Shown here piece after piece: positions 17,053 to 26,640 of a stretch of 64,000 nucleotides of DNA. The notes below the pieces were generated by a model. The model was not told the DNA's origin. It searched no databases and saw only the letters and a list, made by a program, of their open reading frames with translations. The stretch spans positions 811,912-875,911 of the forward strand of contig OZ252041.1 in NCBI GenBank assembly GCA_965247995.1. The letters are read 5' to 3'. The position numbers and the translations under genes are program-made. This DNA is from Dehalococcoidia bacterium (GTDB taxonomy: Bacteria > Chloroflexota > Dehalococcoidia > UBA6926). How positions within the stretch are numbered: the stretch's first letter is position 1; every line of letters starts with the position of its first letter.

Positions 17053-19350
17053 ATGGTCAGCTTCCGTTACGGCCGTTGGGATAACACCCAGGACCCGTTC
17101 CCGGCAACGACCGAGGACCTCATGGAGGCCATCAGCGACGACCTGATGAGCCAGGGGGACCTCCAGCGAGCGTTGCGACGGCTGGCGATGCGCGGCCTGG
17201 AGACTCCGGACGGCCGGAACATCGAGGGTCTGCGGCAGATGTTGGACCGGCTCCGGCAGCAGCGTCAGCAACACCTAGACCAGTACAACTTGAACTCCGT
17301 GATGGAAGGGATCAAGGAGACCCTCGACGAGATCAAGGGCCTCGAGACGGGCACGCTCGAAGAGCGGCTCCGGGAGGCGCAGAACGCGTTGGACAACGCG
17401 CCTCCGCAGCCCGCCGGCGAAGCTGGCTCGGACGCCGCCGACCAGTCCTCGGAAGGCCAAGAGCAGTCCGCCGCCGCTGGTACTGAGTCGTCGCGTGCGT
17501 CCGCGCAGGAGGACTTGGAGCAGTTCCTCAAGGACCTGGAAGAGGAGCTCCAACGTGCGAAGGAAGCACGGGAGGCACAGGAGCGCGACCGCAACGACTC
17601 CGGAGACGGGGACGCTGATGGGGCACAGGACTCGTCGTCGTCCGGGCAGCAACCTGGGCAGCGCGGCCAACAGGGTCAGCCGATGGACTCCTCGACCGCC
17701 CAGGCGCTCCGCGGGCTGACGGAACGGAAGATGCAGTTCATGGAAGGCCTGCCGGACGACCCGGGCGGGACGATCCGGGAGTTGGGCGAGTACGACTTCA
17801 TGGACGCGGAGGCGCGTGAGAAGTTCAAGGAGTTGTTGGACTCGCTTCGGCAAGAAGCGATGAACTCCTACATGCAGAACATGATGCAGCAGATGCAGGG
17901 GATCACGCCGGAGCAGATGAACGCGACGAAGGAGATGCTCCGGGATTTGAACCAGATGCTGCAGGACCGGATGCAGGGGCAGGAACCGAAGTTCGACGAG
18001 TTCATGCAGAAGTGGGGGCCGCTGTTCGGCGACGACCCACCGCGGAACCTGGACGAGCTGCTCGAACAGATGGCGAGCCAGATGTCCCAGATGCAGTCGA
18101 TGGTGGACAGCCTGCCCGAGGACCTGCGTCAGCAGCTCCAAGACACGATGCAGGCAGCGCTGGGCGACCCTGAGCTTCAGCAGGAGCTAGCCCAGTTGTC
18201 GTCGATGATGAACGCGCTGATGCCGATGGAGGACATGCGGCAGAACTACCCGTTCGCGGGCGAGGAGAACCTGTCGTTCGGCGAGGCGATGCGGTTGATG
18301 GAGGAGTTGCAACGCATCGACGAGCTGGAGGCGCAGATGCGGTCCGCGGAGCGTCGCGGGGATATGGACCAGATCGACGAGGAGCGGCTGCGGGAGTTAC
18401 TCGGAGACGAGTCGGCGCGGGACCTGGACTGGTTGAAGCGTCTCCAAGAGGAGCTAGAGAAGGCCGGGTACATCCGGACAAACGACAAGGACCGGGTCGA
18501 GTTGACGCCGAAGGGGATCCGGAAGATCGGGGAGAAGGCGCTGAAGGACCTGTTCTCCAAGCTGCGCGAGGACCGGTTGGGGGCGCACGAGTTGCCGAAG
18601 CACGGGATCTTGGGCGAGAAGACCGAGGAAGACACGAAGCCGTACGAGTTCGGCGACCCGTTCAACATCCATCTGACACGGACGGTGAAGAACGCGGTGT
18701 TCCGCGGCGGGACGGGGACTCCGGTGCGGTTGCAGCCCGAGGACTTCGAGATCTATCGGGACGAGCAGTTGACGCAGGCCAGCACGGTGATTCTGTTGGA
18801 CCAGAGCCGGTCGATGGCGATCAGCGGGAGCTTCGAGGCGGCGAAGAAGGTGGCGTTGGCGCTGCACACGCTGATCAAGATGCAGTACCCGCGGGACCAC
18901 CTGTACGTGGTGGGGTTCGCGGACTACGCGTGGGAGTTGAAGGGCGAGGACCTGGTGAAAGCGACGTGGGGCGGGTACTCGCCGGGGACGAACATGCAGC
19001 ACGCGTTGATGCTGTCTCGGCAGTTGCTGAACAAGCACCGGCTCGGGACGCGGCAGGTGATCATGGTGACGGACGGGGAGCCGACGGCGCATTTGGAAGG
19101 TGGGGCGCCGTACTTCACGTATCCACCGAGCCCGCGGACGCTGGACCAGACGCTGCGAGAGGTCCGGCGGTGCACGCAGGAGGGCATCGTCATCAACGTG
19201 TTCATGCTGGAGATGGCGTACTACCTGGTGAACTTTGTGCGTCAGATGACGAAGTTGAACCGTGGTCGGGCGTTCTTCACGTCGCCGGACAAGTTGGGCG
19301 AGTACGTGTTGGTTGACTACATGAACAACAAGAGTTCGGCGGTGGCCTGA
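17053..19350 (+). CDS. VWA domain-containing protein (Rv0959-like MoxR/ChlI partner family)
   Basis: FRYGRWD N-terminus, long Q/M-rich coiled coil, LTPKGIRKIG, MIDAS DQSRS, TNMQHAL, TDGEPTAH. Confidence 0.88.
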   Translation: MVSFRYGRWDNTQDPFPATTEDLMEAISDDLMSQGDLQRALRRLAMRGLETPDGRNIEGLRQMLDRLRQQRQQHLDQYNLNSVMEGIKETLDEIKGLETGTLEERLREAQNALDNAPPQPAGEAGSDAADQSSEGQEQSAAAGTESSRASAQEDLEQFLKDLEEELQRAKEAREAQERDRNDSGDGDADGAQDSSSSGQQPGQRGQQGQPMDSSTAQALRGLTERKMQFMEGLPDDPGGTIRELGEYDFMDAEAREKFKELLDSLRQEAMNSYMQNMMQQMQGITPEQMNATKEMLRDLNQMLQDRMQGQEPKFDEFMQKWGPLFGDDPPRNLDELLEQMASQMSQMQSMVDSLPEDLRQQLQDTMQAALGDPELQQELAQLSSMMNALMPMEDMRQNYPFAGEENLSFGEAMRLMEELQRIDELEAQMRSAERRGDMDQIDEERLRELLGDESARDLDWLKRLQEELEKAGYIRTNDKDRVELTPKGIRKIGEKALKDLFSKLREDRLGAHELPKHGILGEKTEEDTKPYEFGDPFNIHLTRTVKNAVFRGGTGTPVRLQPEDFEIYRDEQLTQASTVILLDQSRSMAISGSFEAAKKVALALHTLIKMQYPRDHLYVVGFADYAWELKGEDLVKATWGGYSPGTNMQHALMLSRQLLNKHRLGTRQVIMVTDGEPTAHLEGGAPYFTYPPSPRTLDQTLREVRRCTQEGIVINVFMLEMAYYLVNFVRQMTKLNRGRAFFTSPDKLGEYVLVDYMNNKSSAVA

Positions 19351-19370
19351 GGGCCGCTTGCGCGGCGCGT
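19296..19370 (+). repeat. Direct repeat copy 1 (attL-like; 3' end of the VWA gene plus 20 nt)
   Basis: 71/75 identical to 22330-22404. Confidence 0.9.
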
Positions 19371-19560
19371 TCCGGCTTAGGCCGTGGGCGCGCTAATCGG
19401 GTGGTGTCCTGTCGGGGGCGCCGCCGGACATTGCTCTAGCAATGGTGGGGGCTGCGCCCGTCACTATCGTCGTCTGACGATGTCTGTTGGTCTCCGGTTT
19501 CTGGAGGAGCTCAACCGAGAGTTTGTATCTCAGCTCTTCAAGGACATCCAATACCATGTT

Positions 19561-19602
19561 CGTCAAGATGGTTCTTGACGTTTCGATGTCATTCCCCATA
19601 AT
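19561..19602 (+). promoter_or_regulatory. Promoter/operator of the antitoxin-doc operon
   Basis: Perfect inverted repeat CGTCAAGA-tggt-TCTTGACG containing TTGACG (-35), then 16 nt, then CATAAT (-10). Confidence 0.6.
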
Positions 19603-19629
19603 GGACTCACATTAGAGGGGAGATACATC

Positions 19630-19857
19630 ATGGTCGTGCCGAGAGAGAAGTTCTCCAGCCAGGCCTCGCCGGAGCTGCTGTCGGCTATGCGGGAGATCGC
19701 CCGCGAAGAGGGCCGTCATTTCCAGGCCGTGCTGGAAGACGCCATAAGCAGCTACCTCGAGGCTAGGGTGCAGCAGAAGGTCCGGCCCGAGGTTATGGCC
19801 CACTACACGGCGAGTCTTGAAAGAAACCGGAAACTGTATGAACTGTTGGCCCAGTGA
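19630..19857 (+). CDS. Putative antitoxin (RHH-like) for Doc
   Basis: 75 aa, KFSSQASPELL..REEGRHFQAVLEDA..YELLAQ; GTGA overlap with doc. Confidence 0.78.
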   Translation: MVVPREKFSSQASPELLSAMREIAREEGRHFQAVLEDAISSYLEARVQQKVRPEVMAHYTASLERNRKLYELLAQ

Positions 19858-20240
19858 GCAGCAACTTCCTGACTGTCGAAGATGTCATCACCATTCATCA
19901 CGACCTGATAGGACAGTTCGGAGGCTCTGCGGGCCTGCGGGACATGGGAGCGTTGGAATCCGCCCTATTGCGCCCCCAGATGGCCTATTACGACGGGGTG
20001 TTGGAGGAGGCTGCGGCCTTGATGGAGAGCCTGGCCAACAACCACCCTTTCGTCGACGGCAACAAACGGGTCGCCCTCGCCGTCACCGACACCCTCCTCC
20101 GACTGAACAGCAGCTTCATCGACTGCGACAATCGCGAGGCCTACGATCACTTCATGGAGCTCTTCGAGACCAACTCCTTCCGCTTCGCACAGCTTCTTTC
20201 GTGGCTCGAGGAGAAGGTTCAGCCCCTGCCGGGGACTTGA
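19854..20240 (+). CDS. doc: Death-on-curing (Doc/Fic) family toxin
   Basis: GLRDMGALESALLRP and the Fic motif HPFVDGNKRVA. Confidence 0.92.
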   Translation: MSSNFLTVEDVITIHHDLIGQFGGSAGLRDMGALESALLRPQMAYYDGVLEEAAALMESLANNHPFVDGNKRVALAVTDTLLRLNSSFIDCDNREAYDHFMELFETNSFRFAQLLSWLEEKVQPLPGT

Positions 20241-20692
20241 TCACCTACAAAGAGAGAATACAAACTAGGTGAATCACTTCAACGACATCTGTGCAAGGAA
20301 AGGCCGAATGATCACAGGCGTCTCAGAGACTCCGATCCGTGCAGCATCGGAACGGGCTTGGGGCCCCAATAATCCCGCTGACTCATTCCAGGCCCAAGTC
20401 TGAACTACCAGTCTCCCTTAGGCTACCAGACTTGACCAAATCAAGAACTTTCATCTTGCGGTTCCGGTTGGCGCTGTAGAATCAGTGCTACTGCTGACTC
20501 CTCAAGCAGCGGCCCACCCGTGTGGACAACCGCTCCGCCGCGCTTACAGCGTTACCGGTTATGTGATAACCACCCCCGGCGCGATAGGAGCTATTTACGC
20601 TTTGGTTACCAATGCCGAGAAATTCGTGACCCTGAGCGCCAAAGTCGCGCCCCCAAATCGGACAATAAGAGATGTTCATGAATTGCTGCATG

Positions 20693-21337
20693 CTAATCCT
20701 TAGGGTTGTGCCATACCAGTTGACTTACGTCTATCGAAACCGTGTCCTCGACCCAATTCACTCCCACCTCCCCCGACACCAGCCTCGGCAGCAACGCATC
20801 ACGCATGGCTGCGAGACTAAGGTTCTCACTCTCTGTCTGGTCTGCTAGGATGTAAATAGTTCTCGCCAATTGCCCGAAGTTTTCCAGCACTTTAGAACTC
20901 GGCCATATTAGGCGCTCTGCGGTAAGATCGCCTTGAGTTAACAGAGACTATGTCCATCCTCGATTCAAAGAGTCGCAGTTGATCCTCTGCATAAGAAGGA
21001 AAAGGAATTCTAGATGTTGACTAAAGCGCGGTGTCACTACCAGGGTATTGCTTGATGGCCAACAAGGTGAGTTAAGTCGGAATACGGATCCCAGCGTTCC
21101 GACTCGTCCAGTGACGACAGCTGGTTGACCCACAAGTGACTCCGATGTAAAGGCCATAGGACCGTTGCTACCCCAGACTGGTACGTTCGCTGAATCCGCG
21201 CCAACAGATAGCCGCTTCACTGGCCTCTTGCCGTCGCTAACGTCTGCAGTATTCCCCGGCGTCTTCACCTCCCAACCCTCCGGGATGTTGCCGAGCTCCG
21301 AGGGGGAGAGGCGGTCGGGGAAGAGGTCGCAGTGCAT
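20693..21337 (-). pseudogene. hsdS: Type I restriction-modification specificity subunit remnant (C-terminal half)
   Basis: DLFPDRL..SELGNIPEGWEV, TRD GRVGTLG, LAAMRDALLPRLVSGE; in-frame TAG at 20948-20950; 5' half missing. Confidence 0.85.
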
Positions 21338-21445
21338 CGACTACTGACGTTCAACTCCACAGACTTTCGCCGTTACGGTGACCGCATAGAGTTGGTGGAC
21401 GGGTAGCAGGTTGGATCGACTATTTGAACATGTAGGAGGAATTCT

Positions 21446-21937
21446 GTGAAACAGAGTGGCAATCTAATACCCTTGTTGGTTGGCTTGGCCATCGTCGCCG
21501 TTTTCATGGCCGCCGCCTGTGGGGGAAGCGAATCAATAGCTCCTTCAAAGTCCGACCCACCAGCGTTTACAAAGGCTTTTGTGCAGCAGGCCATTGACCG
21601 CTACGACGAAGAGGGTAGAGACGCTACCATTGCTTACTACAACACCATGGAGAGTGTGGACGATGAGTGGTACGTCTTTATTATCGATGAGAGCGATGTC
21701 AACATCGCCCACGCCACCGCCTCCGACAACATAGGACAGAGCATTCGTGGCCCTCTCGGGGTGGATTCTACTGGCTACGCCTTCGGTGCAGTCATGGCGG
21801 ACGCCACCGAAGAAGGGATGTGGGTGAGCTATGTCTACTTGAATCCGGTCACGGGTGAAGAAGGGACAAAGCACTCTTGGGTAGTGGAGCATGACGGGCT
21901 TGTCTTCGGATCGGGTTGGTATGAGCCTACCAACTGA
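21446..21937 (+). CDS. Stand-alone single Cache-domain lipoprotein
   Basis: Lipobox AAAC; WYVFIID, GMWVSYVYLNPVTGEEGTKHSWVVEHDGLVFGSGWY. Confidence 0.8.
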   Translation: MKQSGNLIPLLVGLAIVAVFMAAACGGSESIAPSKSDPPAFTKAFVQQAIDRYDEEGRDATIAYYNTMESVDDEWYVFIIDESDVNIAHATASDNIGQSIRGPLGVDSTGYAFGAVMADATEEGMWVSYVYLNPVTGEEGTKHSWVVEHDGLVFGSGWYEPTN

Positions 21938-22161
21938 TACAGTTGCGCTGAGTCAGTTGGGGGAGATAGGTGCAGGATAGGCCAGTGGTGACCGATACGT
22001 TGATGGGGTTCTGCAGGAATGTCGCCGCGGGAGGATGACAGATCCACGACACCAACGAGGGTAGAAGGTAGCTAATGTTCGGCGTGAAACGGCCTGGACC
22101 AGGCGGAACAAAGCAAAGAAAGAAGGAGGACGACAGCACGAAGAAGCAGTACCAACCGCCC

Positions 22162-22227
22162 ACACCGGCGGCCCTCTACGCCAGGGTGTCCAGTGACCGC
22201 CAGGACGTTGACCTGTCCGTGTCCGCC
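22162..22227 (+). pseudogene. N-terminal fragment of a large serine recombinase
   Basis: TPAALYARVSSDRQDVDLSVSA (catalytic YxRVS motif), then homology stops. Confidence 0.75.
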
Positions 22228-22329
22228 CGCCGGCCTTGTTTCGAACTGGCGGTACAAATTCAATGCAGGCCAATTGACGCATTGGTGATGCAATACTGGA
22301 CAATCGACACGTCCAGGGTCGGGACGACG

Positions 22330-22404
22330 GGGCGAGTACGTGTTGGTGGACTACATGAATAACAAGAGTTCCGCGGTGGCGTGAGGGCCGCTTGCGCGGC
22401 GCGT
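22330..22404 (+). repeat. Direct repeat copy 2 (attR-like; displaced VWA 3' end)
   Basis: Encodes GEYVLVDYMNNKSSAVA* with 4 synonymous differences from copy 1. Confidence 0.9.
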
Positions 22405-22448
22405 GGTGTTGGGCTTGGGGTCCTCATAGGGGGCTTTGAGCCACCGAG

Positions 22449-23219
22449 ATGCTGCGTGTTGGTCGGGGACGGCGGTGGTTGCTACTGATCGTGGTAGCGG
22501 GGATCGTCGTGATCGCGACTACCGCGTGGCGATGTCTGTTTGTCTCCGGTTATAGCTCCCTGGTGTTGAACGGTCCGCGAATACCAACGGATGTGCCATA
22601 GTGGTTATTCGCTTACGACGTCTCGCTCCAGAACCAGCATGGCGTACCGCTCCGGTGGTCTGAACAACGATTCTGTGCACGCATTGACGGACCGAGCGCG
22701 ACCGCTGAGGGCGTGAATAGGTTGGTGAACGAGATTGGCACTCGGATCATCCGCTCCGACCAGGAAACAGGCGAAATCCCGATTCCGGTTGAGGGTTCCG
22801 ACAACTTGGCATGCGTGTTCGTCGGGCAAACAGACGAGGAGTTCCATCCGAAATTCAGTTCCACTCGCCTGGCGGTGGTGGATGGGATCAATGACGGCAT
22901 CAGCGAGCTGGGCGAGGATGTGCTCAGCGAAGTGGTAGGAGATGCAAGGACCAGCGGGGAGCTGAGCAATTTCCTGGGTTTGGATCCGGATGATGACCCG
23001 TGGAGCCGCACCAGACTCTACAGGGACATCGCGGACCTTCGGAGTCCGGAGAGGCAGTTGCTCGAAGGACCTGCCATTGCCGTTTGGTGGAACAAGGACG
23101 GCATCCACTACGTGATCGTGGGGCAGTCGAGACCACCGATCACGGAAGCGATTTTGCTGCGCATGGCGAACAGTTTGGAGTTCGTTCGCACGTTAGGGCC
23201 GCCGTACTATCCAGATTGA
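22449..23219 (+). pseudogene. Membrane-anchored DUF4367-like protein interrupted by an in-frame TAG
   Basis: ATG 22449 (MLRVGRGRRWLLLIVVAGIVV, TM anchor) is in frame with ORF 22713-23219; single TAG at 22599-22601; C-terminus WWNKDGIHYVI..EAILLRMANSL. Confidence 0.55.
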
Positions 23220-23361
23220 GGGTGGTCGCCGCTGCGCGGAATCTACAAAGGTGTGTGGCGTCTCTCAACCGACCTGGCCGCGCGTCATACTGTGTCCAGG
23301 GTCGGTGGGGTCCACCATCGTTCAACGCCCTGCGTTGCCTGTTGCCTGGTGAGGTTGATTC

Positions 23362-24063
23362 GTGGTTCAAGTTGTCGGCGACCCAGTTCCGGATTGGAGA
23401 CCTACGCGTCGTCCCGTGCGTGAACCGAAGGCGGGGCGGTTCTGCCGCGTCGTAGCCCTCGATCCGGAGATGCATGCGACCGAATTGTTCGCTGCGAACG
23501 CGCTCGACACCGACGGCCGGAATTGGACGTATCTTCCGTATGGGCCGTTCGACACGTTCGAACGGTATCGGGACTGGGTCGAACGGAGCAGTCAGCGTGC
23601 CGATCCGCTGTTCTATGCGATCACCGACACCTCAAGTGGGCGTGCGGGAGTCGCCAGTTATCTGGATATTGACGAGAGCAACGGCACTATCGAAGTCGGC
23701 CACATCCATTACTCACCTTTGCTCCAACGCACGGCCGCTGGCACCGAAGCGATGTATTTGATGATGGACCACGCCTTCGATTTGGGGTTCCACCGATATG
23801 AATGGAAATGCGACGCGCTGAATACAGCGTCCCGTGCTGCTGCTCAGCGGTTTGGTCTGTCTTACGAGGGCATCTTTCGTCAGGCCAGAGTCGTGAAAGG
23901 ACGGAACCGCGATACGGCGTGGTATGCCGCCATCGATAGAGAATGGCCGCCGTTGCGGCAGGCGTTTCTGGAGTGGCTGGACCCGTCGAACTTCACAGAC
24001 ACGGGGCAACAGGTGGTGAAGCTCTCGGACCTCACGAAACCGATCATCGCCCGCATCGGGTGA
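23362..24063 (+). CDS. GNAT family N-acetyltransferase (RimJ/RimL-like)
   Basis: WTYLPYGPF, IEVGHI.YSPLLQRT, RYEWKCDALN..SRAAAQRFG..YEGIFRQ, KGRNRDTAWY. Confidence 0.92.
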   Translation: MVQVVGDPVPDWRPTRRPVREPKAGRFCRVVALDPEMHATELFAANALDTDGRNWTYLPYGPFDTFERYRDWVERSSQRADPLFYAITDTSSGRAGVASYLDIDESNGTIEVGHIHYSPLLQRTAAGTEAMYLMMDHAFDLGFHRYEWKCDALNTASRAAAQRFGLSYEGIFRQARVVKGRNRDTAWYAAIDREWPPLRQAFLEWLDPSNFTDTGQQVVKLSDLTKPIIARIG

Positions 24064-24107
24064 GGTCCGTACCGCTTCGAAGATGCTGGCACGAGCGGGT
24101 CGTGGGG

Positions 24108-24269
24108 TCAGGCGTCGAGCATTCGGCGGGCCATGAACGCGAAGACGGTTAGGGTGGCTGCCGTGACCGCGATGACGGCGAGGGTCCAGAAGATGATCTT
24201 GCGGGCGCGGCCCCAGTTCTTGTCGATGCTGCCAAACAGCGTGCCACCCAGGTGGGCGAAGCCCGTCAT
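24108..24269 (-). CDS. Small membrane protein (hypothetical)
   Basis: 53 aa with one TM helix and host-like codon usage. Confidence 0.45.
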   Translation of the reverse strand: MTGFAHLGGTLFGSIDKNWGRARKIIFWTLAVIAVTAATLTVFAFMARRMLDA

Positions 24270-24682
24270 GTGAGGAGGTCCGCTCTTGGGCGGTCGTTCT
24301 CGCATTTTGTGTGTGTGATTAGCCTCGGGCCGATTCATTGACATGGCAAATGAACGGTCGTTAGGCTTCGCGCGGGCGGTAGGGATCCCTGGGCACGCGA
24401 GTGGCGATGCCGGTCCGTTCCCTCTTTTGGCGCCCTTGGGGTGGGTGGCGACTGATCAGTGAGCGCGTGCGATGGCTCGTGCGTGGCCACGGCGTGCGTG
24501 GGCCTCGGTCTTCGCGGCACGTTCCGCCCCCAATCCCGACGAACCCGGCGCTGTCCGTGTTCCGGGGGCGTCGATCACTAGTCGTGCGGAGCGCGACGGG
24601 CCACCGTTGACGAGGCCACGTCCGTCCACATGTTTGTTGGCATCCAGGCGAACGAAATTGAAGCGATGGAGGTAACCCAGGA

Positions 24683-26476
24683 ATGAAATCGACCACGTTG
24701 ATTCCGCGTTCTCTTCGGGCGCTGCCATGGACGGCGGCGCTTGTCGTGACTGCACTGCTCATCATCCTTGCCTCGGCGCCGGGGGCCGCGGCACGGACGG
24801 TCCCGGTAGGGTCCGATTCCGGTGTCGTTGGGCCGGTGGACGGTCCGCTCTCGGGGCCGGTCTGGTCCGATTCCGGCCTGATCGTGCCCTCAGGGGCCTG
24901 GTACGGGTCTGGGCCGGTCATGGCGTCGAATGGAGAGACCGAGTCCGGCGGTAGCGCGATCGCGTCGGCGGGTCTGGCGTCGGCATTGCCGAGCGTCGGG
25001 GCGCAGAACGCCGAGTCGTTCAGCGTCATTGAGACGACGATCGGTGAGATCCACGATGCGTTGGAGGCGGGAACCGTCACGTGCCGTGAGCTGGTGAAGA
25101 CGTATGTGCTTCGCATCAGCACGTATGACAAGTCCGGGCCGGCGTTCAACTCGATCATCACGATCAATCCGGACGCGCTGAAGCTGGCGCAGGCGGTGGA
25201 CAACGCGAACCTGCCACGAAGCGAGTGGGGGGCGCTGCACTGCATCCCGGTGATCATCAAGGACCTGATGCACACGGCGGACCGGATGCCCACGACGGGC
25301 GGGAACCTGGCTTTGAACGGGATGATGACTCCGGATGACGCGACGATCGTCGCGAAGATGAAGGGCGCCGGCGCGATCATCCTGGCGAAGTCGAACCTGG
25401 ACGAGATGGCGCGCGGGATCTGGGGCGCGAGCGGTCTGGGTGGACAGACGCGCAATGCGTACGACACGAGCGTCAACCCGTCCGGGTCGAGCGCTGGCAC
25501 GGGCGTGAGCATCGCGGCGAACTTCGGGACGATTGGGATCGGGACGGACACGTGCGGTTCCATACGGAACCCGTCGGCGTTCGGCTCGCTGGTCGGTCTG
25601 CGACCGACGTACGGGTTGAACAGCAACGCGGGGATCATCCCCGACGCTCCGTCGTCCGACACGGTCGGTCCGATGTCGCGGACGGTGAGGGACGCGGCGA
25701 TCCTGTTGGACGTGATCGCGGGCGTCGACCCGGCGGACCCGGCCACCGCGGCGGCAGCCGGTCAGATACCGGAGACCTACACGGCCTCATTGGATGAGAA
25801 CGGGCTCGAAGGCGCACGCATTGGAGTGATCCGCAAGTTCTTTGCGACCGGGGACGAGGCGGACAAGGTAACGGCAGTGATGAACGCTGCGATCGCCGAG
25901 TTGGAGTCGATGGGTGCGACGATCGTCGACCCGGTAAACCTGCTGTTCGCGGACACGATCGTGTCGCAGGGCGGCGGTACTTGGGGCCGTTGGAACTACG
26001 AGAACGGGGACGCGCTGGACGCCTACATCAAGGGGCTCGGGGACCTTGCGCCGGTGACGTACGAGGAACTCCGGGAGATCGATTCGGGCGCGCCGCTGAT
26101 CTTCCCGTTCCCACCGACAGGCGGGACGAACACGCCGGCCCACCTCCATGCGTTGTGGCAGAGCACGGCGTACACCCAATCGGCGGTACTTTCCGCGATG
26201 GGAGAATTCGACCTGGACGCGCTGGTCTACCCGACGTTGAGCTCGCCTCCAGCGCCGATCGGGCAGTTCCAGTCGGGGAGCAACTGCCAGCTTTCGGCGT
26301 GGTCTGGCTTCCCGGCGATCACGGTGCCGGCGGGCTACACCGTGGACGGCCATGCGGTTGGTCTGGAGTTGATTTCGGTCCCGTGGAGTGAGCCAACGCT
26401 GCTCAAGTTCGCGTACGCGTACGAGCAGGGAGCGAACCACCGGATGCCGACGCCGTTGGCGCCTGCGTTGCCTTGA
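24683..26476 (+). CDS. Secreted amidase-signature family protein
   Basis: Signal peptide; PVIIKD, GSSAGTG, IGTDTCGSIRNPS; GGAGG RBS. Confidence 0.9.
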   Translation: MKSTTLIPRSLRALPWTAALVVTALLIILASAPGAAARTVPVGSDSGVVGPVDGPLSGPVWSDSGLIVPSGAWYGSGPVMASNGETESGGSAIASAGLASALPSVGAQNAESFSVIETTIGEIHDALEAGTVTCRELVKTYVLRISTYDKSGPAFNSIITINPDALKLAQAVDNANLPRSEWGALHCIPVIIKDLMHTADRMPTTGGNLALNGMMTPDDATIVAKMKGAGAIILAKSNLDEMARGIWGASGLGGQTRNAYDTSVNPSGSSAGTGVSIAANFGTIGIGTDTCGSIRNPSAFGSLVGLRPTYGLNSNAGIIPDAPSSDTVGPMSRTVRDAAILLDVIAGVDPADPATAAAAGQIPETYTASLDENGLEGARIGVIRKFFATGDEADKVTAVMNAAIAELESMGATIVDPVNLLFADTIVSQGGGTWGRWNYENGDALDAYIKGLGDLAPVTYEELREIDSGAPLIFPFPPTGGTNTPAHLHALWQSTAYTQSAVLSAMGEFDLDALVYPTLSSPPAPIGQFQSGSNCQLSAWSGFPAITVPAGYTVDGHAVGLELISVPWSEPTLLKFAYAYEQGANHRMPTPLAPALP

Positions 26477-26538
26477 ACTGAATAAGGCCCGGGCTTGACG
26501 GCATCGCGTGGACCTGGCGCGAATGCGCGAATGTTTGA

Positions 26539-26575
26539 GGGGGGTGGTCTCGAAAGCGGGGCCACCCCCCTTGTC
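26539..26575 (+). terminator. Putative terminator hairpin after the amidase gene
   Basis: GGGGGGTGGTCTCG-aaag-CGGGGCCACCCCCC followed by ttgt. Confidence 0.5.
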
Positions 26576-26640
26576 AACGAACGACGAGCGGGTAACGGCC
26601 GGGCCGCTCGTTCGTGGCGCCGCGGCGAAGGGAGCGAGAG

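Larger units (their letters stand above)
19296..22404. mobile_element. Eroded integrative island inserted at the 3' end of the VWA gene
   Basis: Bounded by 75-bp direct repeats; AT-richer; carries a TA pair, an hsdS remnant and a serine recombinase remnant. Confidence 0.75.

Noticed and set aside
20948-20950. TAG in hsdS as pyrrolysine or recoding
   Set aside because: It falls where Gln (CAG) is expected in the GSTQP motif of an already truncated gene, and many genes here end in TAG.
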